Shown in pieces: positions 48,467-58,472 of a DNA stretch of 64,000 bases. The translations under genes were made by a program, and so were the position numbers. Below the pieces are notes generated by a model. That model was not told the origin of the DNA, made no database searches, and saw nothing but the letters and a program-made list of their open reading frames with translations. How positions within the stretch are numbered: the first letter of the stretch is position 1; every line of letters starts with the position of its first letter. The stretch comes from Candidatus Caldarchaeales archaeon (lineage in GTDB: Archaea; Thermoproteota; Nitrososphaeria_A; Caldarchaeales; Calditenuaceae): assembly GCA_039630085.1 (NCBI GenBank), contig JBCNVM010000003.1:1-64000 (forward strand), read 5' to 3'.

Positions 48467-49324
48467 ATGAGGCTGATCTTCGCGGTGGCGGTCGGGCTCG
48501 CGGTCGCGGCGGCGCTGGCCGCATTCGCGTCCCACAACGCGGACCGGGGGAGGGTCGTCGTCTTCGCGGCGCCGACGCTCTACGAGCTGGCCTCGGAGGC
48601 GGCGAGGATCTCGGGCGGGAGGGTCGACGTGGTCTCAATCGGGAGCGTGGCCGCGGTCAGGCAGGTCCAGCTCGGAAGGGTCCCGGACGCGCTGGTCAGC
48701 GTCGACGCGGAGCTGGTCCAGTTCCTCCCCTACTTCAGGAGGGTCGAGGCGCTGGGCGGGTTCAGGCTGGTCCTCCTCTGCAGGGACCGGATCGACCTGA
48801 CGGACCTCAAACGCGTGAGGATCGGCCTGGCCGACCCCAACACGGCCCCGATCGGGTACAGGGCGGTCGCGGCGCTCTACTGGCTCGCGTTGACGAGGAA
48901 CTCGGTCGACGTCGCGGAGCTCGAGAGGGCCCTCTCGGTCAGGTTCGTGCGCTCTGCCGACGGGAGGGAGGTCGTGATGCGGCTGGATTCCTTCAGGCCC
49001 GCCGGCAACTTCCTAGCTAGGGACGACCTCGCAGGGGCCTTCCTGCTACTCGAGAACGGCGCGGTCGACTGCGTCTTCGCCCACTCGCCCTTCGTCGTCT
49101 CGAGGAGGCTCGAGGGGAGGTACGCGGTGGTAGAGATGCCGGAGGAGCTGACGTTCCTGAGGGACCCGCCGGTGAGGTTCGTCGCGGTGACCGAGCTCGG
49201 CGCGGTCGAGGTGAGGAGGTTCGAGGCGGTCGCGGTCTCCCTCACCGAGGCCGGCGACTCGTACCTGAGGGTTCTGGCCTCCCTCGACGCGGAGAGGTTC
49301 GGGCTGGTGGCCCGGGATGGATAG
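48467..49324 (+). CDS. Tungstate/molybdate ABC substrate-binding protein (WtpA-like, divergent)
   Basis: Signal peptide, GSVAAVRQ, PD...SVD, IGLADPNTAPIGYR, LENGAVD; ModE and permease context. Confidence 0.75.
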   Translation: MRLIFAVAVGLAVAAALAAFASHNADRGRVVVFAAPTLYELASEAARISGGRVDVVSIGSVAAVRQVQLGRVPDALVSVDAELVQFLPYFRRVEALGGFRLVLLCRDRIDLTDLKRVRIGLADPNTAPIGYRAVAALYWLALTRNSVDVAELERALSVRFVRSADGREVVMRLDSFRPAGNFLARDDLAGAFLLLENGAVDCVFAHSPFVVSRRLEGRYAVVEMPEELTFLRDPPVRFVAVTELGAVEVRRFEAVAVSLTEAGDSYLRVLASLDAERFGLVARDG

Positions 49325-50015
49325 GATCCAGGCCCTCTGCTTGGGCGTCTCGCTGGCCTATTTCTCCCTCCTCACGGTCCCCGCGCTGCTGACCTACAGG
49401 CCCGAGTTCGAGCCCGCCTTCTTCGAGGCGCTGGTCAACACGGCCCTCCTCGCGACCGTCGCGACCTCGGTCTCCGTCCTCCTCGGCGTGGTCCTGGCCT
49501 ACGGAACGCTCCCAGCTCCCTGGAGGCTCCTCGCGCCGGTCGTGACCTTCACGGTCTCGGTCCCCCACACCGCGATCGGGGTGCTCCTCGCACCCGCGGT
49601 CTTCGGAGCTGGGCTCGCGGACACGGCCCCCGCGATAGCGCTGGCGATGGTGGTGGTCTCGACGCCAATGAGCTTCTCGGTGCTGAGGGGAGCCTTCGCC
49701 TCGCTGGGCAGCGGTTACGTCGAGTTCCTCAGGGCGATGGGGCTGAGGGGTCTCGGCGCCGCCGCTATGATGCTCAGGTCCACTAGGACAGCGCTCGTCT
49801 CCGCCTCCGTCCTCGCGTGGTTCAGGTCCTTCTCCGAGCTCGGGGCGCTGCTGATCCTCGCCCACAGGCCGCTCACGGTCGGCGTCTACGTCTACGAGGA
49901 GTTCCTGAGGAGGGGAGCGGGGCCGGTGATCGGGGCCTCGCTGGCCCTCGCGCTGGTGGCCCTCGCGGTCGCCTTCCTCCTCGAGAGGTGGTCCGGAGAC
50001 GCTGGAGGTCGTTGA
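49317..50015 (+). CDS. Tungstate/molybdate ABC permease (WtpB/ModB-like)
   Basis: SVPHTAIGVLL, AWFRSFSELGALLILA..P. Confidence 0.82.
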   Translation: MDRIQALCLGVSLAYFSLLTVPALLTYRPEFEPAFFEALVNTALLATVATSVSVLLGVVLAYGTLPAPWRLLAPVVTFTVSVPHTAIGVLLAPAVFGAGLADTAPAIALAMVVVSTPMSFSVLRGAFASLGSGYVEFLRAMGLRGLGAAAMMLRSTRTALVSASVLAWFRSFSELGALLILAHRPLTVGVYVYEEFLRRGAGPVIGASLALALVALAVAFLLERWSGDAGGR

Positions 50016-50667
50016 CTACCTAGTGAAGGCCTACGGCCACTCCGTCTCGGTCGAGGAGCTGAGGGTGAGCGGGACGACCGCGCTGCTGGGGAGGAACGGA
50101 GCGGGGAAGACGATCCTCGCGAGGTCCCTGATGGGCTTCCTCAGGCCCCTAAAGGGCAGGGTCTACGTCGAAGGCGAGGACGTGACGGACCTTCCTCCCG
50201 AGGAGAGGCCGATCGGCTACCTCCCACAGACGCAGGTCGCGCTCCCCCTGAGGCCCGAGTCCCAGCTCGCGCTCTTCGCGAGGCTCCACGGCTCGGACTG
50301 GAGGCAGATCGTCAAGGGGCTGGGGCTTCAAGGACTGCTCCGGAAGGGCGGACTCTCGGGAGGGGAGAGGCAGCTACTGAACCTCGCGACGGTCCTCCTG
50401 AAGAGGCCTAAGGCCCTGATCCTCGACGAGCCCACCTCGCACCTCGACTTCGTCAACAGGGCGATGGTCCTCGAGGCCCTAAGGTCGATCGACGTCCCCA
50501 AGCTATTTATCACCCACGACCCTATAGAGGCCGCCTACATCGCCGACGAAGTGGTCTTCCTGAGGGACGGTAGGCTGACCGGTCCCGTGAGGAACGACAT
50601 GAGGGGGTGGGCGGAGGAGGTTCTGAGGGAAGCCGGAGAGGTCCTGAGGGGCCGCCCGGGTCCCTGA
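49999..50667 (+). CDS. ABC ATPase (WtpC/ModC-like); start uncertain (ACG 49999 / CTG 50002 / GTG 50023)
   Basis: GRNGAGKT, DVTDLPPEERPIGYLPQ, LSGGERQ, LILDEP, ITHD. Confidence 0.85.
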   Translation, partial: TLEVVDYLVKAYGHSVSVEELRVSGTTALLGRNGAGKTILARSLMGFLRPLKGRVYVEGEDVTDLPPEERPIGYLPQTQVALPLRPESQLALFARLHGSDWRQIVKGLGLQGLLRKGGLSGGERQLLNLATVLLKRPKALILDEPTSHLDFVNRAMVLEALRSIDVPKLFITHDPIEAAYIADEVVFLRDGRLTGPVRNDMRGWAEEVLREAGEVLRGRPGP

Positions 50668-50671
50668 GCGC

Positions 50672-52861
50672 TCAGGCCTCCTCGATGTAGTCCTCGACCG
50701 CGGGGAGCTTCAGCGGCATCCCCTTCCTCTTCCTGATGTCGGCGACGACCTTCTCGAAGAGCGAGGCCGGCACCGGGCGCCAAGCGGCGAACTCCATGCC
50801 CCAGAAGGCCTTTCCCATCGTCGCGGCCCTCATCTGGTCCGCGAGGTCTCCGGCCTCTGCAGCGGGTATCTCGCCGATCACGGTCGTGACGTACTCGGTC
50901 TGGACGACGTTCGCGATCCTGCCGCGCCTGGAGGAGATGATGGAGGTCACCGCGCCCATGAAGTCCTGAGGTACCTTCACGTCGATCCTCATTATCGGCT
51001 CCAGCAGCGTCGGCTCAGCGGTCAGCATGCTCGCGTAGATGGACCTCCAGGTCGCGGGCGCAATCTGGGCTAGGCCCCTGTGGACCGGGTCCTCGTGGAG
51101 GTCGACGTTGACAAGGACCGCCTTGAGACCCCTGACCTTCTCGCCGGCGAGCGGACCCTCCTGGACGACCCTCTGGAACCCGCTCAGGATGTAGGCCTTC
51201 GTCTCGTGGAGGTACTGGGCGCCCTTGGTCATGTCGACGAAGATGTTCCCGTTCGGGTCGATCGACCAGACTCCCCTCGCCTCGTCCGAGTCCCACCCGT
51301 GGTCCCTCAGGATCTTCGCGATCGTCCTCCTGTCCATCTCCTCGAAGAGCTCTCCCCTCCTGATCAGCTCGACAACTTCGTCCTCGAGCTTCTCGACGTA
51401 GATGTAGATCCTGTTGTGCTTGTTGGGCGACTTGCCCTCGAAGACCTTCCCCCGCTTCAGCACCGACTCCCTGTAGAGGATGATCGGCTTGCCCGCGACT
51501 ACCTCCAGGCCGGCCTTCTGGATCCACGTCAGGGCGATCTCGAGGTGGAGGGTGCCCATTCCGCTGATCAGGTACTCCCCGGTCTCCGGGCGTATCGTCG
51601 TGACGAGGGTCGGGTCCTCGATCGTGAGCCTGTTCAGGAACTCGACGAGCTTCGGGAGGTCCCTGCTGTGCTTCGGCTCTATCGCGACCGTCACCACGGG
51701 GTCGGAGACGTACTTCAGCGACTCGAACGGCACCATGTCGATCGTCGAGATCGTGTCCCCGGCCCTCGAGTCCTCTATCCCCAGGAGGGCAGGAATGTTG
51801 CCCGCGGGGAGCTCGTTGACTATCTCCCTGTTCGGACCCATGTAGACCGTGACCTGCTGGACCCTCGACTCGATGTTCCTCCCCACCAGCTTGACGACGT
51901 CGCCGTCCCTGATGGTCCCGCTGAAGAGCCTGCCAGTCGCGACAACTCCCGCCTGCGGGTCGACCTTGACGTCCGTGACGATCATGACGGGGACGCCGGA
52001 GTCGTTGCACTCGATCATGTCCTTCCCGACCTCAGACTCGATGTCGCCCTTCCAGATCTTCGGGATCCTGTAGCGCTGCGCGACGTTGGGAGGCGGGTGG
52101 TTCCTGACGACCATCTCGAGAACGGCCTCGTGGAGGGGCAGGTTCTCCCTCAGCCAGTCCATGTTACCCTCGTTGAAGGCCCTGACGATGTCGCTGAACT
52201 TGATCCCCTTCCTCTGGGCCTGCTGGAGCGTGAAGCCCCACCTGTCCTTCGAGCTGCCCATCGCGACCGTCCCGGCCTGGAAGCTGACCTTCCACGCGTC
52301 CCTGTACTGGGGCTCCGCGTACATCTCGATCAGCCTGTTGACCTCCAGAACGATCCTACTGATGATCTCCTGTATCTTGTCCGGCGTCAGCCTGAGCTCC
52401 TTGATCAGCCTGTCGATCTTGTTGATGTAGAGGACGGGCCTGACCCTCTCCGCGAGGGCCTGCCTGATGACGGTCTCGGTCTGGGTCATCACGCCCTCCA
52501 CCGAGTCGACGACCACGATCGCGCCGTCGATCGCCCTGAGGGCCCTCGTCACCCTTCCGGAGAAGTCGACGTGGCCGGGCGTGTCGATGAGGTTGATCAC
52601 GAATGGCTTTCCGTCCATCTCGTAGTAGAGCGAGATGTTCGCGGCCTTTATCGTCATCTGCCTCTGCTGCTCCTCCTCGAGGTAGTCGAGGGCCAGAGCC
52701 CTCCCCGCGAGCGCCGGCGAGAGGAGGCCGGCCGCCGCCAGCAGCGAGTCGGTCGTCGTGGTCTTGCCGTGGTCGACGTGGGCTATGATCCCTATGTTCC
52801 TGATCTGCTCCTTGTTTCGCAGTATCTCCTTTACCTCCGAGATCTTCTTCACCCTAGGCAT
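50672..52861 (-). CDS. fusA: Archaeal elongation factor 2
   Basis: IRNIGIIAHVDHGKTT, LIDTPGHVDF, NKIDRL, KSPNKHN, diphthamide loop HEDPVHRG.AQ. Confidence 0.98.
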   Translation of the reverse strand: MPRVKKISEVKEILRNKEQIRNIGIIAHVDHGKTTTTDSLLAAAGLLSPALAGRALALDYLEEEQQRQMTIKAANISLYYEMDGKPFVINLIDTPGHVDFSGRVTRALRAIDGAIVVVDSVEGVMTQTETVIRQALAERVRPVLYINKIDRLIKELRLTPDKIQEIISRIVLEVNRLIEMYAEPQYRDAWKVSFQAGTVAMGSSKDRWGFTLQQAQRKGIKFSDIVRAFNEGNMDWLRENLPLHEAVLEMVVRNHPPPNVAQRYRIPKIWKGDIESEVGKDMIECNDSGVPVMIVTDVKVDPQAGVVATGRLFSGTIRDGDVVKLVGRNIESRVQQVTVYMGPNREIVNELPAGNIPALLGIEDSRAGDTISTIDMVPFESLKYVSDPVVTVAIEPKHSRDLPKLVEFLNRLTIEDPTLVTTIRPETGEYLISGMGTLHLEIALTWIQKAGLEVVAGKPIILYRESVLKRGKVFEGKSPNKHNRIYIYVEKLEDEVVELIRRGELFEEMDRRTIAKILRDHGWDSDEARGVWSIDPNGNIFVDMTKGAQYLHETKAYILSGFQRVVQEGPLAGEKVRGLKAVLVNVDLHEDPVHRGLAQIAPATWRSIYASMLTAEPTLLEPIMRIDVKVPQDFMGAVTSIISSRRGRIANVVQTEYVTTVIGEIPAAEAGDLADQMRAATMGKAFWGMEFAAWRPVPASLFEKVVADIRKRKGMPLKLPAVEDYIEEA

Positions 52862-52980
52862 CCCGCACCGCCGATCCTCCGCCCCGCTCACTTAAAAACT
52901 GAAGGACGATGTGTGGTGTGAGGGCTGGATGGCGTGAGGAGGTGAGTGCCGTCAGTTGTCCACCTTACCACTTCGCCGTT

Positions 52981-53055
52981 TAGCGGGGGGTGGATTTGAA
53001 CCACCGATCTCCGGGTTATGAGCCCGGCGGGTTAACCTGGCTACCCTACCCCGCT
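52981..53055 (-). tRNA. Initiator tRNA-Met (CAT)
   Basis: AGCGGGG...CCGGG-CT-CAT-AA-CCCGG...GGTGG-TTCAAAT-CCACC-CCCCGCT-A; A1:U72 and three G-C anticodon-stem pairs. Confidence 0.96.
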
Positions 53056-53641
53056 ACTCGTTCATTCGCGATCCCAGCATTTAAACTTCGCAAGCCGTTG
53101 CGCGTCGACAGGGCGACGTAAGAGTGAGACCATGCGCTCCGGCCGGAGAGGAGGCCCAGGCCCCGACGTACCACTCGGAGACCGGCTCGGGCCTCGAATT
53201 TCTCTTCCTGGCTCTCCCGAGCGGGCTCGGCGGGCCTCTTCTTACTGGCAAGCGTCCTGATGACGATGTGCCCGGCGATCTCCAAACCAGCGCTTTCTGT
53301 TGAGACGACACATGACATAACACCGAGCGATGGACTCTCGCCACATCAGCGCGAGCGGAACGCTTCCGGGTCTTGAACCGTTCTCATCCAGCGCACAGGT
53401 GAGGACGGGATCGCCGGCCGGCAGCGCGCCCCTTTTCAGATGACGGCCTCATGGGACTGGGTGAACTTTCGCATGGTCCGCCACCTTCGCTAAACGGATG
53501 TCCAATCGCTATAACTTCATTTGTCAATCAAAATGCGGATTTAATGTGATTAGATCGCGGTAATGAAGGATGACTAGATTCAAACGTATTTCATACGGGC
53601 GCCTCCTTTGAATTTTGTCCACTATCCCGAGAAATTAAACA

Positions 53642-53661
53642 GTATCACAGATCTGTGATAC
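53642..53661. promoter_or_regulatory. Perfect 20-bp palindrome upstream of glutamate synthase-like operon
   Basis: GTATCACAGATCTGTGATAC, ~14 nt before TAATATAT. Confidence 0.65.
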
Positions 53662-53752
53662 AATTCGGCAAGACTAATATATCGACAAAGACCGGCGGCG
53701 CGGCAGCGAGGCATAAGGACGCCCAAATTGCGGCGGGAGGTGTCTGTCGGCC

Positions 53753-55045
53753 ATGAGAACAGCCGTCTCCCTGTCGGAGGGACGGACGGTCATTAACAGT
53801 TACCTGAGGCTTCCTAAGAAGGACACGATCGAGTTCTGGAACGACAACCGTATAATGCATATTAGAGCTTTGGCGACAACTGGAAAGCCGCAATACGTCT
53901 GGGACCCATGCAAGGAGGGGTCGCGGAGGGTCCTCGACAAGGTGAGGTTCAGGGCGGAGCTCGAGGAACGCGGGGGCCGAGTGGACGCGACGGAGCCCGG
54001 CGACGAAGCGGACGTCTCGGTCGAGATCGGGTACGGGAGGATCTGGATGGCGGCCCCCCTCTACCTCGGCGACATGTCGTTCGGCGCGCTGAGCGGCGTC
54101 CCGAACGTCGCGCTAGCGAGGGCCGCGGACGAGACCGGCACCCTCTGCGGCATCGGAGAGGGAGGAGTCCACCCGGACGTAGGGAGGTGCAGGAGGATCC
54201 TCGTCCAGTGGGCCTCGGCGAGGTTCGGGCTGGACTTGGGAGCGATCAGGCTCGGGATGGGCACGGTCATCAAGATCGGACAGGGTGCGAAGCCGGGGAT
54301 AGGAGGACACCTGCCCGGGACCAAGGTCGTGGATGTCATCTCGAGGACGAGGAGGATCCCGGTCGGGGTCGACGCGATCTCTCCTGCGCCTCACCATGAC
54401 ATCTACTCGATCGAGGACCTAGAGCAGAGGATCTGGGCCCTGAAGGAGGCTACGGGCAAGCCGGTCTTCGTGAAGGTCGCCGCGACCAATTACGTCCCCT
54501 ACGTCGCCGCCGGAGTCGCGCGGATGGGCGCCGACGGGATCATCATCGACGGCCACGGCGCGGGGACCGGTGCGGCTCCGTGGGTCGTGAGGGACAACGT
54601 CGGCATACCGATAGAGCTCGCGGTCGCCTCCGTGGACAGGATGCTGAGGAGGGAGGGGATGAGGGACGGCTTCACGGTCATCGCGGCGGGGAGGGTCAGC
54701 AGCGCTGAGGACACCGCGAAGCTGATCGCGCTCGGGGCCGACTGCGCCTCGATAGCCACCGCCGCGCTGATCGCGATGGGCTGCGTCATGGTCCACAAGT
54801 GCCACCTGGGCTTCTGTCCCGCGGTCCTGACCAACAAGATAGAGGACGACCCGAGGAAGGTTCTCTCGCTCGAGGTGGCGACGAGATGGGTAGTGAACCT
54901 GATCAGGGGTTGGTCGGCGGAGCTGAAGCTGATCCTCGAGAGGCTCGGGGTGGACAGCGTGAGGGAGCTGGTCGGGAGGAGGGATCTGCTGGTCGCCGAC
55001 GGCGTCTCAGAGGACGCGAGGAGGGCGATGGGCCTCGAGGGATGA
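53753..55045 (+). CDS. FMN-binding glutamate synthase family protein (GltB2-type)
   Basis: [75 protein letters not shown]. Confidence 0.92.
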   Translation: MRTAVSLSEGRTVINSYLRLPKKDTIEFWNDNRIMHIRALATTGKPQYVWDPCKEGSRRVLDKVRFRAELEERGGRVDATEPGDEADVSVEIGYGRIWMAAPLYLGDMSFGALSGVPNVALARAADETGTLCGIGEGGVHPDVGRCRRILVQWASARFGLDLGAIRLGMGTVIKIGQGAKPGIGGHLPGTKVVDVISRTRRIPVGVDAISPAPHHDIYSIEDLEQRIWALKEATGKPVFVKVAATNYVPYVAAGVARMGADGIIIDGHGAGTGAAPWVVRDNVGIPIELAVASVDRMLRREGMRDGFTVIAAGRVSSAEDTAKLIALGADCASIATAALIAMGCVMVHKCHLGFCPAVLTNKIEDDPRKVLSLEVATRWVVNLIRGWSAELKLILERLGVDSVRELVGRRDLLVADGVSEDARRAMGLEG

Positions 55046-56060
55046 GGTCTGGACGAAGGAGCTCACGTCGAGGCTCAGGCAGCTTTCCGGGGCCGAAGGC
55101 AGGGTGCCCGGCGAGCCCCCGATCGTCAGCATGGGCTCGACCGCACCGCCCACAGTCGACGAACCCAAGTTCATCGTCGACCACATCGTCTCGGACGGCG
55201 CCCAAGTGACCAGGCCCAGCATAGACCCGTACAGGGAACCTGTCGAGACGCACCTCCACCTCTTCGGCGGATTCGTGAGGCTCTCGATGCCTGTCGCGGT
55301 CGGGGGACTCGCGGAGCTGAAGGCCGATGAGGTCTCAGCGGTAGTGAAGGCCTGCTACAGGATGGGCGTCCTCGCCGACCTCCACGGCCTCAGGGAGATC
55401 CCCGAGGAGGCTGTCAGGAGGGGGTCCCACGTCATAGCCCCGCTCGACGCGGTCGACTCGGGAGGCTTCGTCGCGGTCCAGGTGACTATCGGAGGCCCCG
55501 AGGCCCTGAGCGGGATCTCCGGCGCTCTGCCCCTCGGCCGGAGGCCGGTGGTCGCGAGGGTGCCGCCCCTGGAGGACTTAGAGTTCTATAAGAGCCTCAG
55601 CGCAGCCGGCTTCAGCGGGATAATCGTCGACGAGGAGATCGGTCACCGGGACGCGGTGGAGCTCGAGGTGGCGACTTCGGCGTGCGACAGGGCCCTGAAG
55701 GTCCCCGGGCCCGACGGGCTTCCTTTGAGGAACCGCGTGAACCTCATGGTCTCCTCGGAGAGGATCAGGTCCTCGGCCGACGCGTTCAAGCTGATCGGGC
55801 TGGGAGCGGAGGTTGTCGCGCTCACGAGGTGCTGGAAGGTCGCGGTCGACTACAGCCCGGGGACTAACGTGTCCCAGTTGGCGGAGAGGTTGGAATATTT
55901 CCTGGTCGGCGTGCAGAAGGAGCTCAAGCTGCTCGCCGGAGCCGCGGGGGTTAGCTCGCTCTGGACCTCGCTGACCGGGTCGAGGGAGCTCTTCAGGTCC
56001 ATCGAGCTCGACAGGTCCGTCAGGCTGAAGCTGGGGGTGAAGTCCGCGGGTGAGTGGTGA
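55041..56060 (+). CDS. Second, degenerate glutamate synthase FMN-like domain; probably the frameshifted continuation of the upstream gene
   Basis: [18 protein letters not shown]....[35 protein letters not shown]; coding-like frame from ~55041 but first canonical start only at 55104. Confidence 0.7.
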   Translation, partial: DEVWTKELTSRLRQLSGAEGRVPGEPPIVSMGSTAPPTVDEPKFIVDHIVSDGAQVTRPSIDPYREPVETHLHLFGGFVRLSMPVAVGGLAELKADEVSAVVKACYRMGVLADLHGLREIPEEAVRRGSHVIAPLDAVDSGGFVAVQVTIGGPEALSGISGALPLGRRPVVARVPPLEDLEFYKSLSAAGFSGIIVDEEIGHRDAVELEVATSACDRALKVPGPDGLPLRNRVNLMVSSERIRSSADAFKLIGLGAEVVALTRCWKVAVDYSPGTNVSQLAERLEYFLVGVQKELKLLAGAAGVSSLWTSLTGSRELFRSIELDRSVRLKLGVKSAGEW

Positions 56061-58131
56061 GCCGATCGAGCTCTCCCACGTCAAGTCCGGATGCGGGGTC
56101 TTCGGCGTCCTGAGGAAGAGGGGGGCCCCGCCCATCGGCCCCGAGGTCGCGCTGACGGGGATAGAGTGCGTCAAGTACAGGGGGAGCAGGTTCGGAGCGG
56201 GCTTCGGGCTCGTCAAGTTGGGCCAGCGCAGGAGGAGGATCAAGGCCTTTGCTGCATCGGAGGAGGTCGCGGAGGAGCTGAGGGAGGAGCTCCGGAGGAG
56301 GGTGGGCGAAGTCGAGCCGATCGGGCAGGAGTACGCCTCCGACGGGAGGGTCTACGCTTCCTACGCCTTCGAGCTCGCCGACGACCCCGGAGAGGGGCAG
56401 CTGAGGAGGGCAGTCAACGAGGTCAACCGGGCCTTCTCGAGGCCGAACCTGAGGGCGAGGGTCTACTCCTGGGGAAGACACGTCGAGGTCTTCAAGGGCG
56501 TGGGGTACCCCTCGGACGTCTACGAGCTCTACTCGCTGGGCGAGCGCGTGGAGGCCGCCGACGTCTGGGTATCCCACACGAGGCAGCCGACGAACTCCCC
56601 GGGAAGGCTCCCGATCTGGTCCCACCCGTTCTCCTCTGGCGAGTGGGCGATCGTCCACAACGGCGACGTCAGTTCCTTCGGCGCCAACATGGAGTTCCTC
56701 TCGGCGCTCGGCGTCGACAGCTTCGTCGGGACAGACAGCGAGGTCATCGCGCTCCTGCTCGACTACCTCACGTCGGAGGTCGGGATCGGACTCGAGGAGG
56801 CCTGCAGGGCCCTCGTCAACCCCTTCGAGTCCTCAAGGGACGGACTGCCGGTTCAGCGGCTCAGCGCCCTCAGGGGCTCCCAGCTCGACGGCCCCTTCTC
56901 GGTCGTCGCGGGCTTCTCCGACGGCACCGAGGCCTACATGGTCGTGCTCGTGGACCGGTTCAAGTTCAGGCCGCTCGTGGTCGGCGAGGACGAGCACTAC
57001 GTCTACGCGGCGAGCGAGGAGGCCCAGATCAGGCTCGTCTCCCCCGACGCGAGGGTCTGGACGGTCGAGCCGGGCGGGTACATGATCGCCTCGACCGGGA
57101 GGGGCGTGATCAGGCACGGGAGAAGGGCCGTGGAACTCTTCACGAGGTTCAGCTCGACCGTGAGGCCTCCGAGCCCCTCGGGGGTCGTGATAGACGCGCT
57201 CGGGCTCAGCTACGCCAAGATCAACGCGACGCTGAGGGAGCTGGCGGCGCAGGGACACCCGGAGGTGAGCCTGCTCAACGTCTCCGGCCAGAGGTACATC
57301 GGAGTGGGCGTCGACAGGCCGATCAGGGTCAAGGTCTACGGGACGCCCGGCAACTGCCTCGCGAACCTGAACGACTGCGTCGACTTCGAGGTCTTCGGCT
57401 CCGTGCAGGACGACGTCGCTGACGTGATGCACGGCGGGAGCGTCGTGGTCCACGGCGACGCGAGGGACGTGTTGGGCCAGGCGCTGCAGGGCGGGCACGT
57501 CTTCGTCAGGGGCAACGCGGGGAACAGGTGCGGGATCCAGATGAGGGAGTACGCGCACAAGAGGCCGTATCGGGTGGGCGGCAGGGTCGACGACTACCTC
57601 GGCGAGTACATGGCCGGAGGCGTGGCGGTGGTGCTCGGTATGGGCTACGTCGAGGGCGGGATCGTTCCGGTGGGCAGGTTCGTGGGCTCGGGGATGGTCG
57701 GGGGCAGGATCCTGGTCAGGGGAGAAGTCCCGAGGGACATGATAGGCTACCTCCCGCCGAGGGAGGACGTGATCCAGTACCTGAGGGGCCTCCTGCTGGA
57801 CGGCGATCTGGACCAGGACACCTACCGGAGGCTCGCCTCAGAGCCGCACCTGGACTACGACGCGCTCAGGGCGATCTTGCCCCAAGACCTCCTCAAGCGG
57901 GTCGCGAAGCTCTTCGAGCACAAGTACTTCCGGAGGCTGAAGGTCGAGCGGATCTCGCTCGACGATGAAGGGTTCGCGGAAATCAGGTCGGTCCTGGAGG
58001 AGTTCGGGAGGAAGTTCTCGATCGAGCGCGAGGTCAGAGCGGCCCTCGCGGAGGACTTCACGCTAGTCGAACCGCACCGCGACGCGAGAGCCGCGACTCC
58101 GAGAGCCGAGGAACCGAAGGAGGAGGGATGA
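56050..58131 (+). CDS. Glutamate synthase-like class II GATase + GXGXG domain fusion (GltB1-GltB3)
   Basis: SGCGVFG, RG...GAG, VFKGVG, SHTRQPTN, HPF, HNGD, TDSEV, GQRYIG, GNAGNRCG, GEYMAGG. Confidence 0.88.
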   Translation: MSGEPIELSHVKSGCGVFGVLRKRGAPPIGPEVALTGIECVKYRGSRFGAGFGLVKLGQRRRRIKAFAASEEVAEELREELRRRVGEVEPIGQEYASDGRVYASYAFELADDPGEGQLRRAVNEVNRAFSRPNLRARVYSWGRHVEVFKGVGYPSDVYELYSLGERVEAADVWVSHTRQPTNSPGRLPIWSHPFSSGEWAIVHNGDVSSFGANMEFLSALGVDSFVGTDSEVIALLLDYLTSEVGIGLEEACRALVNPFESSRDGLPVQRLSALRGSQLDGPFSVVAGFSDGTEAYMVVLVDRFKFRPLVVGEDEHYVYAASEEAQIRLVSPDARVWTVEPGGYMIASTGRGVIRHGRRAVELFTRFSSTVRPPSPSGVVIDALGLSYAKINATLRELAAQGHPEVSLLNVSGQRYIGVGVDRPIRVKVYGTPGNCLANLNDCVDFEVFGSVQDDVADVMHGGSVVVHGDARDVLGQALQGGHVFVRGNAGNRCGIQMREYAHKRPYRVGGRVDDYLGEYMAGGVAVVLGMGYVEGGIVPVGRFVGSGMVGGRILVRGEVPRDMIGYLPPREDVIQYLRGLLLDGDLDQDTYRRLASEPHLDYDALRAILPQDLLKRVAKLFEHKYFRRLKVERISLDDEGFAEIRSVLEEFGRKFSIEREVRAALAEDFTLVEPHRDARAATPRAEEPKEEG

Positions 58132-58172
58132 CGGGGAAGTTCCTTAAGTGATACCGTGAAGCTTCGCGGGAT

Positions 58173-58472
58173 GTGGCCGAGATCAACGGGATTTCAACGG
58201 TTAAGTGCGGACCTTTCGGATGTCACGCCGTGAACGGAGCTAAGCTCGGGCTGGTGCTCTCATTCGCGGGGATCGCCCTCTCGCTGGGGCCCGTGCTCTC
58301 GGGAGCGATGCTCTTCCACGCCGGACTCCACGGCCTCTACGAGCTCATAATCGTCGGGAACGCCTCGACGCTCCAGGTCCCCCTGTCTCTCTTCCTCTCG
58401 CTGCTCGCGGCTCCGCTTACGCTGGTCGGGCTCTGGGTTTTCAGGAAGGGCGTCAGGGAGAACGGGAGCTAG
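58173..58472 (+). CDS. Small membrane protein
   Basis: Two hydrophobic segments; start uncertain. Confidence 0.5.
   Translation: MAEINGISTVKCGPFGCHAVNGAKLGLVLSFAGIALSLGPVLSGAMLFHAGLHGLYELIIVGNASTLQVPLSLFLSLLAAPLTLVGLWVFRKGVRENGS

Noticed and set aside
50672-52861. EF-2 outside the str operon as a diphthamide-less paralog
   Set aside because: The HRG diphthamide motif is intact, and separation from rps7/EF-1alpha is common in TACK archaea.
51080-52921. 613-aa plus-strand ORF and similar long antisense ORFs (43415..44929, 23095..24159, 16116..17192)
   Set aside because: Shadows of EF-2, GGR, PstS and the CoxL-like gene, with no recognisable motifs.
53056-53500. Short ORFs or ncRNA in the gap after initiator tRNA
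   Set aside because: Atypical codon usage, no motifs and no convincing fold or repeats visible by eye.
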